Of a stretch of 64,000 bases of DNA, positions 39,082 to 50,994 are shown piece after piece. The notes below the pieces were generated by a model that did not search any database, was not told where the DNA came from, and saw only the letters and a program-made list of their open reading frames with translations. Made by a program: the position numbers and the translations under genes. This DNA comes from an uncultured delta proteobacterium (lineage in GTDB: Bacteria > Myxococcota > Myxococcia > Myxococcales > Myxococcaceae), in the NCBI GenBank assembly GCA_963771175.1, contig CAVYSY010000033.1, forward strand, positions 64,001 to 128,000. Direction: 5' to 3'. Position 1 is the first letter of the stretch, and each line of letters starts with the position of its first letter.

Positions 39082-40310
39082 ATGCAACTCCTGAGCAGAG
39101 AGGTTGGCATCCTCGATGTCCGGCTGGGCGACGTCCACGTTGGAACGCTGAATCTACTGGAAGATGAATATACGGAGTTCGTCATCTCCGAGGAGTACCG
39201 TCAGCGGTATCCGCGGCCCATTCTCGGACAGGCTTTTGAGGATGACCTCTCCCGGCGGCGTTCGAGCCGAATTCGCTTATTGCCATTCTTCTCGAACCTT
39301 CTCCCCAGAGGGACCCCTGCGAGAGCTCATCGCGGGGAAATTGGGCGTGCACCCTCAGAGGGAGTTTTTCCTCATCGCGCGGCTTGGTGAGGATCTTCCC
39401 GGTGCGGTCATCATTACCCCGACTGGTGTACTGAGAGGAGACGCCTCCGAGCCCCTGGTAGGACGTGAGGAAGAACCTGCGCCCCTGCGGGAACAACTCC
39501 GCTTCTCTCTGGCTGGCGTGCAACTCAAGTTCTCCATGTTGCGCCGGGATCGCGGCATGACGCTGCCCACGAGTGGTCGTGGTGGCGATTGGATTGTCAA
39601 GCTACCGGACAATCGCTACGACCTCGTACCAGAGAACGAATTCTCGATGATGAGCTGGGCACACGCCGCTGGCATCGACGTGCCCGAATTCCATCTGGAA
39701 AGGGTCACCGACCTCGAGGGCCTTCCCGAGGGCGTGATGCTACGTGAGGGAATGGCATTCGCCATCCGCCGCTTTGACCGCCCAGAGCCCGGCCGGCGTG
39801 TCCATATGGAGGACATGGCGCAGGTGCTCGGGCTCTACTCGGACGAGAAATACAAGAAATACAATTATGAGACGACTGCGAACGTGTTGCTCAACGTGGC
39901 CGGACTGGACACACTCCACGAGTTCCTTCGCCGGCTTGTCTTCATCATCGCCATTGGCAACGGGGATGCCCACCACAAGAATTGGTCCCTGCTTTACCCA
40001 GACGGCATCCACGCGACACTCTCGCCAGCATACGACCTTGGTCTCAACCATCCAGTACATGCCCAAGGAGACCCTGGCACTGAATCTCGCTCGCTCCAAA
40101 AGATTTGAGGATGTATCCCTTGAAGCGTTCGAACGGCTTGCGCGCAAACTGGGGCTGAGCGGCGACGAAGTACTTCCGATCGTGAGAGCAGCCGTGGAAG
40201 CCACGCTCGATTCCTGGGTCAGCCTACGCGGCGAACTCCCCATACCCGAGAGCTACAAACAACGTATTGAGGAGCACTGGAAGAAGGTGCCACTGCTCGG
40301 GATGCAGTAG
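39082..40310 (+). CDS. HipA family Ser/Thr kinase toxin (N-terminal subdomain plus kinase core); frameshifts near 39305 and 40040
   Basis: PFFSNLLP(EG), GEDLPGAV, FSLAGVQLK, WIVKLP, ENEF, RRFDR, HMEDMAQ, GNGDAHHKN, LSPAYDL; GAGGAGG RBS inside the DUF262 3' end. Confidence 0.9.
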
Positions 40311-40321
40311 AGACCATGAAT

Positions 40322-40383
40322 GTGGTGCACGTGGCCCGGCGGGGCGTGGCCGCGCTGCTCGAGGCGGGCATCACCCACCTCGA
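40322..40383 (+). repeat. 62-bp direct repeat, right copy (displaced gene end, followed by GCGTTGA)
   Basis: Identical to 37279-37340; both copies end in Glu-Arg-stop using different synonymous codons. Confidence 0.97.
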
Positions 40384-40397
40384 GCGTTGAGGGCTGG

Positions 40398-42365
<1,968 letters not shown>

Positions 42366-42429
42366 GATGGGGCTCCCTCCAGTACGACGACGTCAGAACC
42401 CCTGTTCTAGAAGCCCCTCGTGCTCCGTC

Positions 42430-42948
42430 TCAAGGAGCGGATTTGCACGGGGCCGAGTTCTGGACGGCTTGATAACGAACCCACAGTTCACAGGCGCATG
42501 CGGCGGACTGCGTGGGTCTCGGCTCATAGCGAACACGCAGCACACCATCGAATTCCGTGGCGCACTGTGTCGTGCCCTCGAGGTGAACCGTCACCTGGTC
42601 CACGATGCACTCGCGGCCGTTGGCGTTGAGCGAGGCATTGGTCAGGCTGCCGTCGAGCGTGAAGGCGTCACCGTCCTCCGCCGCCCCGTCGAGGAAGGAG
42701 CCCACGAGCTGCATCTCCATCAGCCCGTACTCCATGCGCAGCACCTCGCCGGAGATGTGCAGCTTTCCATCCCAGAGCGACTCGGGCGCGGACAGCAGGG
42801 CGCAGTCGTCGCGCAACACCTCCTGGGCGGTGAGCTCGTAGGGGCCCTCGTTCTGGATGTAGGCACGGGTGCAGCCTGCTCCGAGGGAGAGGAACAGGGT
42901 GGACATCAGGAGGGGGCGGGACAATCGGGTAGCGGCCACGGCTCGCAT
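42430..42948 (-). CDS. Hypothetical lipoprotein
   Basis: Signal ending LGAGC; several Cys; beta-rich. Confidence 0.65.
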   Translation of the reverse strand: MRAVAATRLSRPLLMSTLFLSLGAGCTRAYIQNEGPYELTAQEVLRDDCALLSAPESLWDGKLHISGEVLRMEYGLMEMQLVGSFLDGAAEDGDAFTLDGSLTNASLNANGRECIVDQVTVHLEGTTQCATEFDGVLRVRYEPRPTQSAACACELWVRYQAVQNSAPCKSAP

Positions 42949-43013
42949 GGTAGCGGAGCAGGGGTACACGTGCCGAGTGCAACCGCGGGACCAGCGGCTA
43001 GACTGGCCCCTCT

Positions 43014-43436
43014 ATGGCCCCGTTCAAGAATCCCCTGCCCACCGTGGACTGCATCATCGAGCTGCCAGGGGAACGCGTCGTGCTGATCCGCCGCAAGAAC
43101 CCGCCGCTCGGCTGGGCGCTGCCCGGGGGCTTCGTGGACGAGGGCGAGCGGCTCGACCTGGCCGCGGTGCGCGAGGCCAAGGAGGAGACCGGACTGGACG
43201 TGGAGCTGGTGGAGCAGTTCTTCACCTACTCGGACCCGCGCAGGGATCCGCGCAAGCACACCCTCTCCACCGTCTTCATCGGCCGGGCCCAGGGTGAGCC
43301 CCAGGGCGCGGACGACGCGGCCGAGGCCCGGGTCTTCCCCCTGGATGCCCTGCCCCAGGAGCTGTGTTTCGACCACGGCACCATCCTCGCCGACTACCTG
43401 ACCTACAAGCGGACAGGGCAGCGGCGGAAGCTCTAG
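43014..43436 (+). CDS. NUDIX hydrolase
   Basis: [35 protein letters not shown]. Confidence 0.95.
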   Translation: MAPFKNPLPTVDCIIELPGERVVLIRRKNPPLGWALPGGFVDEGERLDLAAVREAKEETGLDVELVEQFFTYSDPRRDPRKHTLSTVFIGRAQGEPQGADDAAEARVFPLDALPQELCFDHGTILADYLTYKRTGQRRKL

Positions 43437-43451
43437 GACAAGCGGCCCCGG

Positions 43452-44606
43452 ATGCACTACCTCCCCCTCCTCCTCGCCCTCGGCCTGCTCGTGGCACTGC
43501 ACGAGCTGGGACACCTCGTGGCCGCCCGGCTGCTGGGCGTGCATGTGTCCCGCTACACGCTCGGCTTCGGGCCGGCCGTGTTCACCTTCCGGCTCCGGGG
43601 GACGGACTACGTGCTCGGCGCCGTCCCGCTGGGGGGCTCGGCCCGCATCCACGGGATGAACCCCCACGAGCCGGGAGTGGACCCCGCGGACCCGACGAGC
43701 TTCGCGGCGCGGACGCCCTGGAAGCGGATGCTGGTGCTGCTGGCCGGGCCGCTGACCAACTGGCTGTTCGCGCTGGGCGTCCTCGTCGCGCTCTACACCT
43801 CGGGCACGCACGTGGTGGTGCCGCTCACCGTGGGCACCATCACCCCCGGCTCGGAGGCGGCGCGCGCGCAGTTGCTGCCGGGAGATCGCATCGTCAGCGT
43901 GGACGGCCGGCCGCTGGAGAACTGGTCGGAGTTCGTGGAGCTCATCGTCCAGAGCCCCGGCCACGAGCTGAAGCTGGGCATCGAGCGCCAGGAGGAGCCC
44001 CGGGAGGTGACGGTGCGGCCCCGTCCGGACGAGCGGGGCGAGGGGCGCATCGGGGTGAGCCAGCAGTACGTGTACCGCTCCCACGGTCTGGGCCAGGCGC
44101 TGATGCAGGCGGTGGCACACACGGGGAACCTCGTGGCCGAGGGCACCCGCCTGCTCGCGCGCCTGCTCCAGGGACGGCAGGGCGTCCTCGAGGCCAACCC
44201 GGCGGGGCTGGTGAAGCAGTCCTCGGGCGCGGCGGCCAGCGGCCTGGGGGCCTTCCTGCGCGTGCTGGTGAGCCTCTCGGTGGCACTCGCCTGCTTCCAC
44301 CTGCTGCCCCTGCCCTCGCTGGATGGAGGGCGGATGCTCTTCCTCCTCTTCGAGGCGGTGAGCCGCCGGAAGGTGCCGGCGCGCGTGGAGACGGTGGTGC
44401 ACGCGGTGGGCTTCCTCGCGCTGCTGTGGGTGGTGCTGACGGTGGCACTCGCGAACGTGCGCCAGCACCTGGCTCGCGGCGGCACCCTCCGCACTCCCGC
44501 CGCCCTCTCTCCCGACGGGGGCTCCACGAGTCCGACGAAGGCCACCGAGGCCCTGGACCCTCCGGACGGCGGCCTGCCCCAGTTGGCGGACGACCTCGGC
44601 GAGTGA
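43452..44606 (+). CDS. M50 family site-2 protease with PDZ (RseP paralogue)
   Basis: HELGH, LAGPLTN, PDZ GSEAARAQLLPGDRI, LLPLPSLDGG. Confidence 0.9.
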   Translation: MHYLPLLLALGLLVALHELGHLVAARLLGVHVSRYTLGFGPAVFTFRLRGTDYVLGAVPLGGSARIHGMNPHEPGVDPADPTSFAARTPWKRMLVLLAGPLTNWLFALGVLVALYTSGTHVVVPLTVGTITPGSEAARAQLLPGDRIVSVDGRPLENWSEFVELIVQSPGHELKLGIERQEEPREVTVRPRPDERGEGRIGVSQQYVYRSHGLGQALMQAVAHTGNLVAEGTRLLARLLQGRQGVLEANPAGLVKQSSGAAASGLGAFLRVLVSLSVALACFHLLPLPSLDGGRMLFLLFEAVSRRKVPARVETVVHAVGFLALLWVVLTVALANVRQHLARGGTLRTPAALSPDGGSTSPTKATEALDPPDGGLPQLADDLGE

Positions 44607-44721
44607 GCGCCGGGCACGATGCGACGCTGGCCCTCCGGGCGACCGGGAATGCCCTCGGGGCAACGGACCCACGCCGGAAGGAGGCGCCAAGGCGATGGGA
44701 AGGCCCTATGCTCCACCCGGC

Positions 44722-45372
44722 ATGAGCACCAAGGCGAAGAACAACGGCCTCTTCTGCGAGCTCTACTGGGGCACCACCCTCAACGAGGCGTGGAGCTTCG
44801 ACCCGGAGCAACCGCGCGTGCTCGCCGCGCAGGAGGAAACGGCCCCCCTGCCCCTCTACGGCTTCACCCTGCCCGAGGAGCCCTACCTCCTCGCCGAGCG
44901 CACCGAGCACGGCTACCGCGTCTTCGTCCCCCCGGCGGCGCGCCTCGAGCGAAGCCGTCGCGGCGAGGCCTTCCGCGCCGTGCCCGAAGCGGAGCTGCAG
45001 CGCACCGGGGACCGCGCCTGGGTGGAGCTCACCCAGGATGACCGGCTGCGCCTCTCCGAGGGAGAGCTCTCCCTGCACCTCGCGCCCTCCGTGACAGGCA
45101 AGCGCACCTCGGGCCTGGGGCTGAAGGATTTCGGCTGGCTCGCGATGGTGTCGCTCCTCTTCCTCAGCCTGCCGGTGGGCTTCCTCCTCGCGGGGCCCAG
45201 TCCCGAGCGCATGGCCGAGTCCAACGCCCGTGCCCTGACCCAGGCGCGCGAGCGCGAGCAGGCCGAGCGCAAGCGGCTCGGGGTGGACACCCCCGCGCGC
45301 CCCATCTCCCCGGAGGAGTCGCGGCCCGACGCGGGCATGAAGACGCTGCCCGCCAACCTCGGCGTCCAGTGA
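44722..45372 (+). CDS. Hypothetical single-pass membrane protein
   Basis: Beta-rich N-terminal domain, one TM helix, charged tail. Confidence 0.65.
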   Translation: MSTKAKNNGLFCELYWGTTLNEAWSFDPEQPRVLAAQEETAPLPLYGFTLPEEPYLLAERTEHGYRVFVPPAARLERSRRGEAFRAVPEAELQRTGDRAWVELTQDDRLRLSEGELSLHLAPSVTGKRTSGLGLKDFGWLAMVSLLFLSLPVGFLLAGPSPERMAESNARALTQAREREQAERKRLGVDTPARPISPEESRPDAGMKTLPANLGVQ

Positions 45373-45375
45373 GGC

Positions 45376-46045
45376 TCAGGGCCCCAGGCCCACCCACACC
45401 TCGCCGTCCTCGTAGAACTCCTTCTTCCAGATGGGGACGTCCTGCTTGAGCCGCTCGATGGCGTGCTCGCAGCCGAGGAACGCCTCCTTGCGGTGGGGCG
45501 CGGCGGCGGCGATGACCACCGCCAGCTCACCCGGCAGCAGCGTCCCCACCCGGTGCACGATGGCCAGCCGCGTCCCGCTGAAGCGCTCGGCCACCTCGGC
45601 GCCAATCTCCGCCAGCTTCTTCTCCGCCATGGGCGGGATAGGCCTCGTACTCCAGCCTCAACACCCGCCGTCCGCGCGTCTGGTTGCGCACCGAGCCGGA
45701 GAAGGTGACGAGCCCGCCATAGGCCTCGCCGGCCACCGCCTCCACCACCTCCTCCAGCCGCAGCGGCCGGTCCACCACCCGGAACAGCCCGCCGCTGCCC
45801 CCGGCCACCGGTGGAATCAACGCCAGCTCCGCGCCCGGGGGCACCTCGGCGTCCGAGTCGGAGAACTCCTGGTTCACCGCCACCCGCAGGTGCGGCAGGA
45901 GCGGCGCGAGCGCCGGGTGACGCGTGGCCAGCAGGCGCAGCACATCCGTCACGCGCGCGCCCGGCGGCAGCTCCAACGACTCGCGAGGCAGTCCCACGCG
46001 CTCACGCGCCGCGGCGAAGTACAGGACGGTGATGGTGTCAGGCAC
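45376..46045 (-). CDS. Fused MoaD-MoaE molybdopterin synthase; frameshift near 45632
   Basis: VLYFAAARE..VAVNQE..IPPVAGG, then FSGSVRN..LEYEAY, HRVG, HRKEAF, PIWKKE. Confidence 0.9.
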
Positions 46046-46054
46046 GGACCCCTC

Positions 46055-47907
46055 TTAGCGCGACCGGAGCACCGTGCGCGCCCTGAAGCGACCGCCCCCC
46101 TGCTCGGGGTTGAAGTCGAGGAAGACGAGCTCGACGGGCGGCAACTGGTCCAACAGCGCATCCACCAGCGAGCGGGCCACGGGGAGCTGCTGCGAAGGCA
46201 CACCCGGCACCACCTGGGGCGCATCCAGCTCGGCGCGCAACTGCCCCACGTCCACCACGGCGGAGAGGTGCCCGGACTCGAAGGCATTGGCGCCGAAGCG
46301 CTCCCGCAGCGCCGAGCCCACGTCACCCGTGGCGCGACCCACCAGCGACTCGCCGCCGTGCATCGTCAATCGATCGGCCGTGACGGTGAACTCCACTGGC
46401 TGCTCCATCACCCGGGTGCGCAGGCGCGTGGCATCCGCGCCCTTCACCACCTCGAAGGGCTGCCCGCGCGCCTTCAGCCGCCCGGTGAGCCAGTCCACCA
46501 CCGGCTCGGAGCGGACGAGCCCCGCCTCGAAGAGCAGGGTGCCACGCGGATCCGGCCTCCGGCTGCCACGGATGAAGTTGCGGTAGAAGGCCGGCGCGTC
46601 GAAGTAGGCCAGCATCGTCACGTCTCCCCGCAGCGCGCCCAGCAGGCTGTCCGCGCCGGCCGCGTCGAAGCCCTGCTCCTCCAGACGCTGCAGCGTGCGC
46701 TGGCGGCGCTCCGAGTCAGGCGCGCCGAAGACGAGCTTCGCCAGCTCCTCGGGCGGAATGGACACCATCAACGCGGCGATGGGGCCCGCGGGCGCATTGC
46801 CCAGCAGCGCCGAGCCGGGCGCGCTCTTGCCCTGGAAGAGGTTCTGCTCCGAGGCCACCCAGCCCTCCAGCTCCGCCCCCCCTCCTCCGCCCGGAACGCC
46901 GCCCAGATGCCCCGGATGCCGGTGGCGGCGTCCTCGCCCACCGCACGCACGAAGACGTACACGTTGCCCGTGCCCACCTTCGGCCGCAGCTCGGTGAGCA
47001 GCGGCACCTCGGACAGCCCCGGGCCGCTCATCCCAATGATCCGCGCGCGAATGGCGTCCACCTGGGACGTCTCGTCCTGGCTCCGCTGGGGCCGCACATC
47101 CGCCCGCGCCTCGGCCGGCTCGTCCTCGGCCGGCTCGCCCTCCTCGGGCTCTCCGTCGCCCGTGTCCGACATCACGAGGTAGAGGTAGCCGCGGTCCGCG
47201 AAGAGCAGCAGCGGCGCCCCGTCCTCACCCCGAAGGTGGACGAGGCCCTCGGAGGGCTGGCGGTTCACCACGGTGGCCCCGCCGGACTCCAGCTCCCCCA
47301 CCACCGCGTCCAGCGCGGCCGGTTCATCCATCACACCCAGCAGCCCCACGGTGCCCTCGAAGCCGGGCAGCGAGAAGAAGCCCACGCCCTCCTCCAGGTC
47401 CACCAGTCGGGGCTCGCCCCTCATCTCCCGCAGCACGAGCGACAGCATCGGAGCCTCCTCCAGCGAGCTCCGCGCCTGCGCCTCGCCCACCAGCCGCGAG
47501 TAGAAGCCCAGCAGCGGCTCCACGTTGCCCCGGAGCTGGGGGAAGAAGACGGCCACCTCCGCGTCGGCGGGGATGGCGCGCAGCACCGGGCGCGGCACCA
47601 CCGTCACCCGGGCACTGGCCAGCACCTCATCCTTCTCCAGCGCGCGCACCGTGAAGGCGCCCGCGCGCGGAAAGGCATGGGACACCCGCGCGCCCTGCCG
47701 TGGCGGCGAGCCATCCCCGAAGTCCCACGTTACCACCGGCGCGTCCTTGGCCTCGGAGCCGAAGCCCACCGGCACGCCGGCCTCCACCGTGCGATCCTCC
47801 CCCGCCTCGGGTTTCACCATCCGTCGGCAACCGGGGCCCACAAGGACCACGGTCACCAGCCAGAAGGCGGTCAGCGCTCGAAGGGAAGGACGCACATGGG
47901 GTGTCAT
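46055..47907 (-). CDS. PKD-domain lipoprotein; frameshift near 46875
   Basis: Signal ending GPGC; EAGEDRTV..VTWDFGDGS..HAFPRAG; continues in ORF 46055-46858. Confidence 0.75.
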
Positions 47908-47914
47908 GTACGGT

Positions 47915-48631
47915 CTAGTAATCCAGCGATAGACCGAACATCCAGTACGAGTCCGAGAGATTGAAGCCCTCGCCCCCGAAGTTGTTCACTTTCGCGTACG
48001 TGTACTCGGCGAAGATATAACTGTGGTTGATGCCGAGGTCCGAGTCGAAGTCGCGCGCCAGCCGCGGCTCCAGCACGTCCAGCAGGAAGGACGCACCGGC
48101 CGCCACCTCCCAGCCAAACTTGTTGCCGCGCCCCTCCACGTCGCCGACCTGCTCGAGCTCACCGCCCTTGGTCACCCACCAGTGCGAGAAGACGAGCCCG
48201 GGCTTCACGTAGGGCACCAGGGGAATGCCCCAGCGCAAGGCGGGGTAGTCGAACCGGTAGACGGCGCGCAGGTGCACGGGCAGCACGTGGAAGCCCGTGC
48301 GCTCCCCGCTCGTGCCACCCTCGGGCAGCAACGCGGAGGCGTACTTCTCCGCGTAGCCGAGCGACAGGCTCACGCCCGCCGAGCCGATGCCCTGGTAGAA
48401 GAAGCGCTGCAGCTCCCCCTCGAAGAGGAGCAGATCGCTCTCCCCGAAGACCTTGGAGAAGGGCGTGTCGGTGAGCCCCTCCTCCTTGTCGAGCTGCGGC
48501 CGGTAACCACCGAGCCGAAACTCCACGGAGCCGCTGCGGGGCGACTGCATGGGCACATCGGACGCTTGCTGCGCCTCGCCGGGGAGGGCGGCGAGGAATG
48601 CCGCGACGCCGAGGGCTACTGCTCGAGCCAT
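47915..48631 (-). CDS. Outer-membrane beta-barrel protein (resembles MXAN_2562 family)
   Basis: Signal peptide; alternating strands; LDVLEPRLARDFDSDLGINHSY; terminal FGLSLDY. Confidence 0.75.
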   Translation of the reverse strand: MARAVALGVAAFLAALPGEAQQASDVPMQSPRSGSVEFRLGGYRPQLDKEEGLTDTPFSKVFGESDLLLFEGELQRFFYQGIGSAGVSLSLGYAEKYASALLPEGGTSGERTGFHVLPVHLRAVYRFDYPALRWGIPLVPYVKPGLVFSHWWVTKGGELEQVGDVEGRGNKFGWEVAAGASFLLDVLEPRLARDFDSDLGINHSYIFAEYTYAKVNNFGGEGFNLSDSYWMFGLSLDY

Positions 48632-49521
48632 GAACGATTTCTCCTTGAGAACAGCCAGAAACCCAGGACGGCCAGCACCGCGCCGCCCGCAACTCCGCCG
48701 CCCGCCGCGCCGCAGCCCGTCTCCTTGCCGCCGGCGTCCACGTACTCCTGCAGGAAGCCGTTGGTCTTGATGGGGGTGCCCTCCACGACCTCCGACTTGT
48801 CGCTCTCGTTGCCGGCCTCGTCGATGGCGGTGGCCGCGAGCTGGTACGTCACCCCGTTTTCCAGGCCCTCCACCTCGAAGTCCCCCTGCCCCACGCCCCG
48901 ATCCGGGCTCGTGACCGGGGTTCCGTCCGGCAGCGTCACGTACAACTTCACCTTGTTGCTCCCCGACGGCTCACTGACACGCACGCGCAGGGCCTCATCC
49001 AGCCCGCTCACCTCTTCGATGGTGGGCACGCCCGGCGGCAGCGCGTCGTAGGTGAGCTTCGCGGGCGACGCCTTCGACACCGAGTTGGCGCACGCCCCGG
49101 TGTACGCGTCCGCCGCCCTGGTGGAGGCACAGACCCGGAACTCCTGCTCGAAGCCCGAGGCACCGCATGTTCTCGTCCCGGCATCCGACGGGTCGGAGAA
49201 GGGCAGCGACGAGACGTCGAACTCGACAACCCCCGTCTTCGTCTGATTGAGGGTCGTCTGGGGCACGGGCGTCAGCGAGAAGCGCGACGTCTGTTGGGCG
49301 GCGGTCTCCTGGCACTCGGTGCCTTCGGTGACCCAGATGGCGAGATCCTGACAGGCAGCGGTCCCGGTGGATGTCCAGGTGACGAAGACTCGCTGATTGG
49401 CACAGTCCTCCGGAGAGACACTCCGCGTGTCCCCTCCGTTGGCGAACCGGAGATTCACCTGCACTTGTGCGGACGCCACGGTCGACACGAGCACGGCGGC
49501 GATAATGAGAAGGGTGCGCAT
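48616..49521 (-). CDS. FN3-containing MYXO-CTERM surface protein (resembles MXAN_2561 family)
   Basis: Signal peptide; GLENGVTYQL..DEAGNES; tail TGCGAA-hydrophobic-SRRNR. Confidence 0.75.
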   Translation of the reverse strand: MRTLLIIAAVLVSTVASAQVQVNLRFANGGDTRSVSPEDCANQRVFVTWTSTGTAACQDLAIWVTEGTECQETAAQQTSRFSLTPVPQTTLNQTKTGVVEFDVSSLPFSDPSDAGTRTCGASGFEQEFRVCASTRAADAYTGACANSVSKASPAKLTYDALPPGVPTIEEVSGLDEALRVRVSEPSGSNKVKLYVTLPDGTPVTSPDRGVGQGDFEVEGLENGVTYQLAATAIDEAGNESDKSEVVEGTPIKTNGFLQEYVDAGGKETGCGAAGGGVAGGAVLAVLGFWLFSRRNRSWLEQ

Positions 49522-49648
49522 GGGCGGGCAGGTAGGGTAGCAAGTCGGAGGCCAGGGGAAACCCGGCCCCGCTCCCTTGATTTCCGGGGGAAAGTGGCCC
49601 GGCTCCCGGTCAAATGGGCACGAGCGCCCCGGCGGCCTTGCCAAATTG

Positions 49649-50678
49649 TCAGGCGGGACGCTCGGCCAGCCGCAGGCCGGCCTCCACGAGGTTGAGGGCG
49701 GCGCCCCGGCCGGCGTTGTCCACCGCGGCGAAGAGGGTGAGCCACTCGGGGGACTGGGGGAAGGAGCGCAGGCGGCCCACGTGGACGGTGGGGTCGGCGG
49801 TGACGAGGCTCGTCATCGGGTAGACCTTCTCTCCGGGTGAATCCAGCACCTTGAGCGCGGGCGACGCCCTTGAGGGCGGCGCGCGCCTGGTCCACCGGGG
49901 CGGGCTTGCGCAGGCGCACATGGAGGCTCAGCCCGTGGCCGAAGAAGGTGGGCACCTGGACGGCGGTGCCGGCCACCACGGGCACCTCGCCCTTGGGGGC
50001 GAAGAGGCGCGCGGCCTCCAGCGTCCAGCCGGCCTCCTCCTCCGTCCAGGGCGAGTTGGCCATGAAGAGGCCCACCTGGGGCACCAGGTTGAAGCCCACG
50101 CGGTGGGGGAAGTGGTGCGCCTCGGGCTCGCGGCCGGAGAGCAGGGCCGCCGTCTGGGACTCCAGCTCCCGCAGGCCCTGCTGGCCCCCGGAGGACACGC
50201 CCATGAGGGCCGTCACCTGCACCTGGGCCACGCCGAAGGCCTGGCGCAGCGGCTCGAGCACCGTGACGAGGGCGGTCGTCACCGCCGAGGGCACGGACAC
50301 GATGCGGCCCTTGAAGGAGGCGTCCAGCACCTCGGAGTTGAAGCCGGGGAGCACCAGGGGGACGTTGCCGTCGGCGCGGAAGGCGAGGCTCGCGTCCACC
50401 ACCCAGGCCCCCGCCGCCTGGGCCGCCGGGGCGAGCCCGCGCGACACTTCCGGCGGCGTGGCGAGAATGACCAGGCCGATGCCCCGGAAGGACTCGGGGG
50501 TGGCCTTCTCCACCTCCAGGCTCTCCTCGCCGTACTCCAGCTCCTCCCCCGCGGAGCGCTCCGAGGCCAGCACGGAGAGACGCTCGGCGGGGAAGTCCCG
50601 GTCGAAGAGGGCGGAGAGCACCTCGCCGCCCACCACACCGGTAGCACCCACCACGGCGATTCGCAGGTTCTCGTTCAT
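49649..50678 (-). CDS. Aspartate-semialdehyde dehydrogenase-like protein (Usg-type, catalytic Cys absent); frameshift near 49865
   Basis: IAVVGATGVVG, ASERSAG, VVDAS.AFR, FNLVPQ, VPTFFGH, DNAGRGAALN. Confidence 0.85.
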
Positions 50679-50717
50679 GGCGCGTCCTTTACCCCAGCAC
50701 CGGCCCGAGTGGTCCTC

Positions 50718-50793
50718 ACTTCTGGTCGACCAGAAGTCTGTCCCCCAATGGCTGTGGGACGACATGCGACATCACTTCTGGTGGCCAGAAGTG
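50718..50793. promoter_or_regulatory. Pair of related palindromes in a divergent intergenic region; putative operators
   Basis: ACTTCTGGTCGACCAGAAGT (50718-50737, perfect) and CACTTCTGG-TGG-CCAGAAGTG (50773-50793). Confidence 0.55.
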
Positions 50794-50994
50794 GGCGCCG
50801 GAGCGGCTCGGAGCTGGAGACGTACGCTCGCCTGCCGGCTTTCCTTCAGGTTGCCAGGAAAGGAAGCAAGAGCAGCAAGCCGTGGACGGGTCCGAGTGCG
50901 CCCTCCGGTAGACTGGCACCGGAAGCACCGGCCACAGGGGGCCTTGGGAGCCACCTGCACGCACCTCCGCGAGGCCGAACGGTGACGCACATCG

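Larger units (their letters stand above)
37341..40321. mobile_element. ~3 kb horizontally acquired island without integrase
   Basis: Bounded by 62-bp direct repeats; visibly more A/T-ending codons than the flanks; two defence-type genes. Confidence 0.75.

Noticed and set aside
39082..39390. Separate HipS-like gene making a HipST-type split system
   Set aside because: The break falls in a C run inside the conserved NLLPEG motif and the downstream frame has no proper start, so a single gene with an indel is more likely
40316..40390. 24-aa ORF MNVVHVARRGVAALLEAGITHLER as a third island gene or antitoxin
   Set aside because: It is the duplicated host-gene tail; the ATG lacks a clear RBS and is probably fortuitous, though translation is not excluded
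50840..50940. SRP (4.5S) RNA-like text CAGGTTGCCAGGAAAGGAAGCAAGAGCAGC
   Set aside because: Does not match the TCAGGTCCGGAAGGAAGCAGC core spacing, and no long enclosing stem is visible
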